Assembly (NCBI GenBank): GCA_964495075.1
Contig: CAZBUJ010000010.1
Location: forward strand, 14,334 to 78,333
Direction of reading: 5' to 3'
Length of the DNA stretch: 64,000 nt
Source of the DNA: an uncultured Phycisphaeraceae bacterium
GTDB taxonomy: Bacteria > Planctomycetota > Phycisphaerae > UBA1845
Positions 38,626 to 44,342 of the stretch are shown here, piece after piece. Position 1 is the stretch's first letter, and each line of letters begins with the position of its first letter. The notes beneath the pieces are model-generated. The model did not search any database. It had not been told where the DNA came from and saw only the letters and a program-made list of their open reading frames with translations. The position numbers and the translations under genes were made by a program.

Positions 38626-39645
38626 ATGGTCAGCCTGAAAGCAGGCGACCGAATCAGCAACTACCTGCTCGAGGAGCTGGTGGGGACGGGCAGCTTCGCC
38701 CAGGTGTGGAGAGCCCGCCATCATACCCTTGACAAGGTCGTCGCGATCAAAGTCCTGACCGACCAGCAGTACGTTCGGAACTTCCGGCAGGAAGGGGTGG
38801 TCGTCCACGGACTGCGGCACCCCAACATCGTGCGGGTCGAGGACATTGACGCGTACGATGATCCGCCGTATCTGATCATGGAACTTGTGGACGGGCCCTC
38901 CTTGCGGAGGGTGATCGATGCCCACCCGGACGGATTGCCCATCCCCGCGTGCCAGACGGTGTTTGGCGGGTTGTGCAAGGCCCTTTCGTTTGCCCACGAG
39001 AACGGTTTGATCCATCGGGACATCAAGCCGGCCAACATTCTGCTCAACCATCGCGAAGACGATCTGACCACGCTGACGGAGCAGGCGGTCAAGGTGGGCG
39101 ATTTCGGCCTGGGCCGCACCGGCGGCGTGACCACCGCATCCATCATGCAGTCGGGCAGCCTTCAGACGGAAGAGGGCCGAAGCATCGCCGGCACCCTCGC
39201 GTACATGTCGCCCGAGCAGAAGGAGGGCGGGGCCGTGGACGCGCGGAGTGACCTCTATGCGTGCGGCATTGTCCTGTTCGAGATGCTGACGGGCAGTCGA
39301 CCGGCCGGAGTGGAGATCCCCAGTTCCGTGCGTTCGGACGTCCCTCCGGTCCTGGACGAGGCCTTTCGTCGCTGCTACACGCGGCTGGATCGCCGTGTCG
39401 CCTCCGCCGGTGACCTGCTCGACATCGTGCGGCGTACCGGTCCGTCGGGGCCGGCGGCGGCCGGCGGGGGGCTGACGTGCCCGTCGTGCCACGGGCGCGT
39501 CGCCGGTGGAGACCAGTTCTGCACCCACTGCGGATACCAGTTGGTCGAGTCGGTGCCGCGCTGTCCGTCGTGCCACGCGTTTGTCAATCGCACTGACCGG
39601 TACTGCATTTTCTGTGGGACGCAGTTGCAGAGAACCGGCGAGTAG
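38626..39645 (+). CDS. Ser/Thr protein kinase with a C-terminal double zinc ribbon
   Basis: GTGSFAQVW, VAIKVL, HRDIKPANILL, DFGLG and TLAYMSPEQ. C-terminus CPSCHGRVAGGDQFCTHCG...CPSCHAFVNRTDRYCIFCG. The ATG at 38626 is preceded by GGGAGGA. The maximal ORF starts with GTG at 38584. Confidence 0.85.
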   Translation: MVSLKAGDRISNYLLEELVGTGSFAQVWRARHHTLDKVVAIKVLTDQQYVRNFRQEGVVVHGLRHPNIVRVEDIDAYDDPPYLIMELVDGPSLRRVIDAHPDGLPIPACQTVFGGLCKALSFAHENGLIHRDIKPANILLNHREDDLTTLTEQAVKVGDFGLGRTGGVTTASIMQSGSLQTEEGRSIAGTLAYMSPEQKEGGAVDARSDLYACGIVLFEMLTGSRPAGVEIPSSVRSDVPPVLDEAFRRCYTRLDRRVASAGDLLDIVRRTGPSGPAAAGGGLTCPSCHGRVAGGDQFCTHCGYQLVESVPRCPSCHAFVNRTDRYCIFCGTQLQRTGE

Positions 39646-39662
39646 CATCGGGATCGAGTGAG

Positions 39663-39920
39663 ATGGCGTCGTGGATCTTCATCATCTTCGCGATCGTCCT
39701 CGTGGCCGGGCTCGTGCTCACCGCGGTGCTCATGATCATGTTCATCGTTCATAGCGCCAAGCGGTCGTTGTCGGGACAATCGCCGCGCCAGCCGGCCGGC
39801 CCCGCCCGACGCGTTGGTGACCGACGGGCGAATGTTGACCGGATTTGTCCGAATGATCATTGTAGGCATCCGAACCGGTCGGATGCCCTCTATTGCGGCC
39901 AGTGCGGACGGCGGTTGTAA
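39663..39920 (+). CDS. Small single-TM protein with a C-terminal zinc ribbon
   Basis: 85 aa. TM helix WIFIIFAIVLVAGLVLTAVLMIMFIV, then CPNDHCRHPNRSDALYCGQCG. Confidence 0.5.
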   Translation: MASWIFIIFAIVLVAGLVLTAVLMIMFIVHSAKRSLSGQSPRQPAGPARRVGDRRANVDRICPNDHCRHPNRSDALYCGQCGRRL

Positions 39921-39923
39921 ACG

Positions 39924-41396
39924 TTGACCGATTCATCGAGCGGACAATCCGGCCGGCTGAACGCGGACGCGGCGGAGACCCTTCGGGTCGAGACGGAGTT
40001 TCTGTCCGGCGTGGAGGCCAACCTCGAGGCCGCCAAGGGCGGGCTGTTGCCCGGCGATCGCTGGCGTGCCGTGCGGGACGACGAGAGCGACGCCTTGCGG
40101 GCGATGATGGCCTCCCGGCGGATGTACGACCGCGAGTTGCTCAAGCAGCTCCCGCACAACCGGCGGATCGTGGTCCAGGGCTCGCAGCGTCGCTGGCTCC
40201 TGTTCCGCCGTCCGACCGAGGTGGCCATTGCCACCGTGGTGGCACCGTTTGAGCACTTGCTGACGCCCGAGTCGACCACCGCACCCCCGGTCACGCTCGG
40301 CGAGTTGACCGCCCACGTGCGCGGGCTGGTGGGCGAGGCCAAGGTGCCGCACGTTGTCGGCGTCTGTTCGCCCAGCGGATTCGCCGACGACGTGCGGGAG
40401 ACGCGCCTGGACATGCCGAACGTCACCATCGTGCTGGTCGAGCCGCGGGCGGGCGGCGGGTGGACCATCGCGACGCCCGGCGGAACCCAGGTCTCGGAGA
40501 ACATCCGAAAGCTGTACGACCCCGAGGCGATTAGCCAGAAGGTGACCCGGGCGCTGCGGGAGATCGAACACCGCCGGGTCGACCTGTTGACGGGCGGGCT
40601 GTCGGCCGCGTCGATCGCCGCGGGCACCGGGCTGCCCGAAGGAGTGGTCATGTTGGCCTTCAAGAAGGTGGCGGGCGAAGACACCGAGCTGCGCGTGACC
40701 CGCCGCTCGGGACATGTGGTGCTCTACCGCGGAGCGCCATCACGGTCGCAGGAGAGTAGTGCCATGAACGTCGTCGATCGCATCCGCGCACTGTTTTCAT
40801 CGGAAGGCGACGAAGCCCAGAAGATCAACGTGCTGGCCGAGCGACGGGCCAACCTCGCCCAACGCCGCGATCGGCTCTACGAGGACATCGGCAAGCTGGA
40901 AAAACGCGAGGCCGAGCTGCTCAATGAAGGACGGACGTCCAAATCGCAGGTCACCCGCCGGCGGCTGGCCGCCCAGCTGGGGCAGCTTCGCAAGGACATC
41001 GCGCGGCAGAACACGACCGCCAACATGCTGAATCAGCAGATCAACATCCTCAGCACCGACATCCACAACCTCACGCTGATCCAGCAAGGCCAGATGGCCA
41101 GCCTGCCCAATACCGAGGAACTGACCGAGAACGCGGTCAAAGCCGAGGAAATGCTCGAAACCCTCCGGGCCGACGCGGACATGGTCGCCGGCCTGGAAAC
41201 AGGACTGGCCGACGTGGCGACCAGCGACGAAGAACTGGCCATTCTCAAGGAGTTCGACGAGCCGGAGGCACCGAGGCAAACGGCCAGCGCCGACAGCGCG
41301 GCGGAACGCGAGGTGATGCGCGAGTTCGACCAACCGCAAGAAGAGGCGAGGCCAGAGAAGAACGCAGGGAAGCAACGGGCCGACCCGGAGGCGTGA
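39924..41396 (+). CDS. Fusion protein: unknown N-terminal domain (about 270 aa, possibly ending in a winged helix) plus a C-terminal ESCRT-III/Snf7-like helical domain
   Basis: The region from about aa 275 (MNVVDRIRALFSSEGDEAQKINVLAERRANLAQRRDRLYEDIGKLEKREAELLNEG...LRKDIARQNTTANMLNQQINILSTDIHNLTLIQQG...TENAVKAEEMLETLRADADMVAGLE) follows the Snf7 helix pattern, with a basic hairpin and then an acidic tail. The tail carries the repeated motifs LAILKEFDEPE and REVMREFDQPQ. Confidence 0.6.
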   Translation: MTDSSSGQSGRLNADAAETLRVETEFLSGVEANLEAAKGGLLPGDRWRAVRDDESDALRAMMASRRMYDRELLKQLPHNRRIVVQGSQRRWLLFRRPTEVAIATVVAPFEHLLTPESTTAPPVTLGELTAHVRGLVGEAKVPHVVGVCSPSGFADDVRETRLDMPNVTIVLVEPRAGGGWTIATPGGTQVSENIRKLYDPEAISQKVTRALREIEHRRVDLLTGGLSAASIAAGTGLPEGVVMLAFKKVAGEDTELRVTRRSGHVVLYRGAPSRSQESSAMNVVDRIRALFSSEGDEAQKINVLAERRANLAQRRDRLYEDIGKLEKREAELLNEGRTSKSQVTRRRLAAQLGQLRKDIARQNTTANMLNQQINILSTDIHNLTLIQQGQMASLPNTEELTENAVKAEEMLETLRADADMVAGLETGLADVATSDEELAILKEFDEPEAPRQTASADSAAEREVMREFDQPQEEARPEKNAGKQRADPEA

Positions 41397-41441
41397 GCGA
41401 TCCGTCCCGCAAGCCCGACGAGACACCGCGAAGGTACAACG

Positions 41442-42050
41442 ATGGACTTCTTCGACTGGCTGACCAAGCGAAAGAAACCGCTGTCCGAAATGTCGCGAGC
41501 CGAACTCCGGCGGCAGGAGCTGCTGCTGGAGAAAGACCGCACGCAACTGCTCAACAAGGTCACCAAGCTGGCCAAGGCCAAGCAGGAGCTGTTCGAACGC
41601 GGGGCCGGTGAGAAGACCCCCGAAGTCCGGCGCATCCTGGCCCAGGAGTTCGAACTGAAGACCACCGAGCAGCTCATGCTCTCCCGGCAACTCAATATCC
41701 GCAGCAAGGAGATGATGACCGTCTCCCGGCTGCGGATGCTCCGCGAGAACGCCGAGCGGGCGGCCAGTACCGGCGGCAAGCTCGGCCTGATCAACGAAAA
41801 GGACATGCTGCGCCTCGGACGCCTCATCGAGAACGACTCGATCAAGGCCGAAGCGTACCAGGAGCGTCTCGACGAGATCCTCTCGATGGGGGCGGAAGTG
41901 GACGAAGGGGCCGCCGGGCTGTCCGAGGCCGGTCAGTCCGTGCTCGACATCTGGGACAAGATGGACGCCGGCGCCATCGCGGACTCGCGGGAAGCGTTTG
42001 AGGAAGCGGATCGACGCGTCCGGGAGCAGGCCAGTCCGGCCGAGGAGTAG
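41442..42050 (+). CDS. ESCRT-III/Snf7 (PspA-superfamily)-like protein
   Basis: 202 aa. N-terminus MDFFDWLTKRKKP, a basic helical hairpin in the first half, and an acidic C-terminal half. The length and charge asymmetry are typical of ESCRT-III subunits. Confidence 0.65.
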   Translation: MDFFDWLTKRKKPLSEMSRAELRRQELLLEKDRTQLLNKVTKLAKAKQELFERGAGEKTPEVRRILAQEFELKTTEQLMLSRQLNIRSKEMMTVSRLRMLRENAERAASTGGKLGLINEKDMLRLGRLIENDSIKAEAYQERLDEILSMGAEVDEGAAGLSEAGQSVLDIWDKMDAGAIADSREAFEEADRRVREQASPAEE

Positions 42051-42056
42051 CCCATC

Positions 42057-42257
42057 ATGGCGGGATCGCAACCACTGCGTCGATCCGTCAACAACCGTGT
42101 CATCGCCGGGGTGGTGGGAGGCGTCGCCGAGCACTTCGGCCTGGACGCCACCCTGTTGAGGGTGGTCTACGTGCTGGCGAGTGTGCTGTCGGCGGCGTTC
42201 CCGGGTATGCTGGTCTACCTCATCTGCTGGTTGATCATCCCCGAGCGCGAGTATTAG
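42057..42257 (+). CDS. PspC-domain membrane protein
   Basis: 66 aa. LRRSVNNRVIAGVVGGVAEHFGLDATLLRVVYVLASVLSAAFPGMLVYLICWLIIPE is a canonical PspC domain. Confidence 0.8.
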   Translation: MAGSQPLRRSVNNRVIAGVVGGVAEHFGLDATLLRVVYVLASVLSAAFPGMLVYLICWLIIPEREY

Positions 42258-42322
42258 GCAACCAGACCGTCGTGCAGAAACCGGGGAGCCCCGGTCGTCC
42301 GCGCGAAACGCGAGCGGAACTC

Positions 42323-42922
42323 ATGGCACTATTCAAGTCAGCGGAAGAGCGGCGGATTGAACGCGACATCAAGATCCGGCAGGGCATCCGCCGGATCGAG
42401 AAGGCCATTCGCGAGCAGAACAAGTTCGCGGACGAGTTCATCAAGAACGCCCAGCGGGCCAGGAAAATGGGCGACAACGCCCAGTACAAGTTCATCCGCA
42501 ACTCGCTCAAGAAAACAGCCGCCGTCAAGCGGGCCCTCGAGCGGCAGTTGCTCTCGGTCAAAAACGCCCTGCTCATCAAGCGGCAGGCCGAGGCGTCCGC
42601 CGACTTCGCCCAGTGCATGGGCACGATGGCCACCGAGATCGGCAAGCTGTTTGGCGAGACCGACCTGCTCAAGACCCAGGCCGATTGGGAGAAGGCCATG
42701 GTCCAGTCGCAGTCGATGGAGGAACGGATGTCGATGTTCCTCGACACCATCGAGGACATCGCCGCCGAAGACACCGAGGCCGCTGAACTGGTCACCGACG
42801 AAGAGATCGACCGCATGATCGAGGCCGAACAGGAAGCCGAGCACCAGAAAGAGCTGGGAAAACTCGCGAACCTGCGAGCGGAGCTGGACTCCTTGAAAGG
42901 CGAAGGCGAGAAGCAGAAGTGA
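42323..42922 (+). CDS. ESCRT-III (Vps2/CHMP1-2-like) protein with a C-terminal amphipathic MIM-like helix
   Basis: 199 aa from the ATG at 42323 (MALFKSAEERRIERDIKIRQGIRRIEKAIREQNKF...). The order basic N-half, acidic C-half (DTIEDIAAEDTEAAELVTDEEIDRMIEAEQEAE), then terminal KLANLRAELDSLKG parallels CHMP-type subunits. The maximal ORF starts with GTG at 42272. Confidence 0.7.
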   Translation: MALFKSAEERRIERDIKIRQGIRRIEKAIREQNKFADEFIKNAQRARKMGDNAQYKFIRNSLKKTAAVKRALERQLLSVKNALLIKRQAEASADFAQCMGTMATEIGKLFGETDLLKTQADWEKAMVQSQSMEERMSMFLDTIEDIAAEDTEAAELVTDEEIDRMIEAEQEAEHQKELGKLANLRAELDSLKGEGEKQK

Positions 42923-42927
42923 GCGGT

Positions 42928-43128
42928 AATGACAAATTACAAATTACTAATTACTAATGAACATGGCGGCAGAGCGGGTATCGGCAAATGGATATACGAA
43001 TAATTGGATGCAAGGGCCGGGAAGCGAGATGTGCCGGTGTGCGCCCTCCTAATGGGCCATACACAACAATTGACAATAGCTCCGTTGCGTCGCCTCATTC
43101 GTAATTAGTAATTGGTAATTAGTAATTC
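42928..43128. repeat. AT-rich imperfect inverted repeat (about 33-bp arms, each about four tandem heptamers of AATTACN / GTAATTN) flanking a core of about 135 bp
   Basis: The left arm at 42928-42960 reads aatgacAAATTACAAATTACTAATTACTAATGA. The right arm at 43096-43128 reads TCATTCGTAATTAGTAATTGGTAATTAGTAATTc. About 29 of 33 positions are complementary by my hand alignment. The repeat ends 11 nt before the Vps4-like ATG. Confidence 0.7.
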
Positions 43129-43139
43129 ACCTGCGTCCC

Positions 43140-44258
43140 ATGACCGTGTCCTTTTCAACCTTCGAGCGTCTCAAGACCAAGGGCGTCTGCGCCTACAAGA
43201 AGGGCGAGTACAACTCGGCCAAATCGTACCTCATCGAGGCCGCCGAATGCATGGTCGAGCTGGCGGAGAAGGCGCCATCGGCCGAAGTGCGCCGTCAGCG
43301 CGAGGAGATTGCGGCCGAGCTGATCGACCTGGCTCGCGATTGCGAACGATACAAGACCTCGCCACCCCGGCGGCGGCAGGCCGCACGGGAACGCGACGAC
43401 GACAGCGGCCGCGACGCCTCCGACTGGATCCTGAAGGAGAAGCCCGACTTCGGCTTCGACCATATCGCCGGCCTCGATGACGTCAAAGAGGAAATCCGGC
43501 TCAAGATGATCTACCCGTTCAACCACCCGGAACTCGCCCGGAAGTACGGGATCGGGGTCGGCGGCGGCGTGCTCCTCTACGGGCCGCCCGGCACGGGCAA
43601 AACCATGATGGCCAAGGCCGTCGCCCACGAGGTCGAGGCGACCTTCTTCGTCATCAGCCCCGCCCAGGTGCTGAGCAAATGGGTCGGCGAGGCGGAGCAG
43701 AACATCCAGAAACTCTTCGACGCCGCCACGAGTGAGGCGAAATCAGTCATCTTCATCGACGAGATCGAGGCCCTCGTCCCGCGGCGTAAGTCGGACGGGT
43801 CGAGCGTCATGCAACGCGTGGTCCCCCAGATCCTCCAGGAGCTGGAAGGATTCGACCGGAAGGGGGACCGGGCCCTATTATTTGTCGGAGCCACCAACAA
43901 GCCGTGGATGCTGGACGAGGCCATGCTGCGGCCCGGTCGGTTCGACACGCGAATCTACCTGGGCTTGCCCGACCCGCCGGCGTTGTACCGGCTATTGGAG
44001 ATCTACTTCGGCGACCGCCCGCTGTCCGACGACGTCGACTTCAGCCGCCTGTGCGACGGGCTCGACGGCTACAGCGGCGCCGACATCAAGAACATCGCGC
44101 AACAGGCGGCGGCCATCCCGTTTATGGAATCGGTGGCCGGAGCGGAGCCGCGCCCGATCGCGATGAAGGACATCGAAAAGGTGATCGAAAGTACCCCGCC
44201 TTCGGTCAAGCAATCGGACCTCGTGCGGTTCGAGAAGTTCGACAGCACGGGTCGATGA
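43140..44258 (+). CDS. MIT-domain AAA+ ATPase, Vps4-like (meiotic-clade AAA)
   Basis: 372 aa. An N-terminal three-helix, MIT-like region (KGVCAYKKGEYNSAKSYLIEAAECMVELAEKAPSAEVRRQREEIAAELIDLARDCERYK). Walker A GPPGTGKT, Walker B IFIDEIE, second region of homology ATNKPWMLDEAMLRPGRFD. The C-terminus STPPSVKQSDLVRFEKFDSTG resembles the Vps4/katanin/spastin tail. Confidence 0.85.
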   Translation: MTVSFSTFERLKTKGVCAYKKGEYNSAKSYLIEAAECMVELAEKAPSAEVRRQREEIAAELIDLARDCERYKTSPPRRRQAARERDDDSGRDASDWILKEKPDFGFDHIAGLDDVKEEIRLKMIYPFNHPELARKYGIGVGGGVLLYGPPGTGKTMMAKAVAHEVEATFFVISPAQVLSKWVGEAEQNIQKLFDAATSEAKSVIFIDEIEALVPRRKSDGSSVMQRVVPQILQELEGFDRKGDRALLFVGATNKPWMLDEAMLRPGRFDTRIYLGLPDPPALYRLLEIYFGDRPLSDDVDFSRLCDGLDGYSGADIKNIAQQAAAIPFMESVAGAEPRPIAMKDIEKVIESTPPSVKQSDLVRFEKFDSTGR

Positions 44259-44342
44259 CCCGGGGCGACACCGCAGACGAAAGGAAGCGCTTCGGCGGCG
44301 ACCAAGGTGACCGAACGGGCGACGGCGGCCGGAGGTAAGACG

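Noticed and set aside
40797-42134. 445-aa and 270-aa minus-strand ORFs opposite the Snf7-like genes, and 36681-38000 opposite the GGDEF gene
   Set aside because: The composition is low-complexity Leu/Gly/Arg/Pro, or Ser/Arg-rich in the 270-aa ORF, with no recognisable domains. The plus-strand proteins have coherent helical periodicity, charge asymmetry or catalytic motifs.
42963-43052. 29-codon ORF (MAAERVSANGYTNNWMQGPGSEMCRCAPS) inside the AT-rich inverted-repeat element
   Set aside because: It is too short, has no ribosome-binding site, and its codon usage is atypical for this genome. It cannot be supported from the sequence alone.
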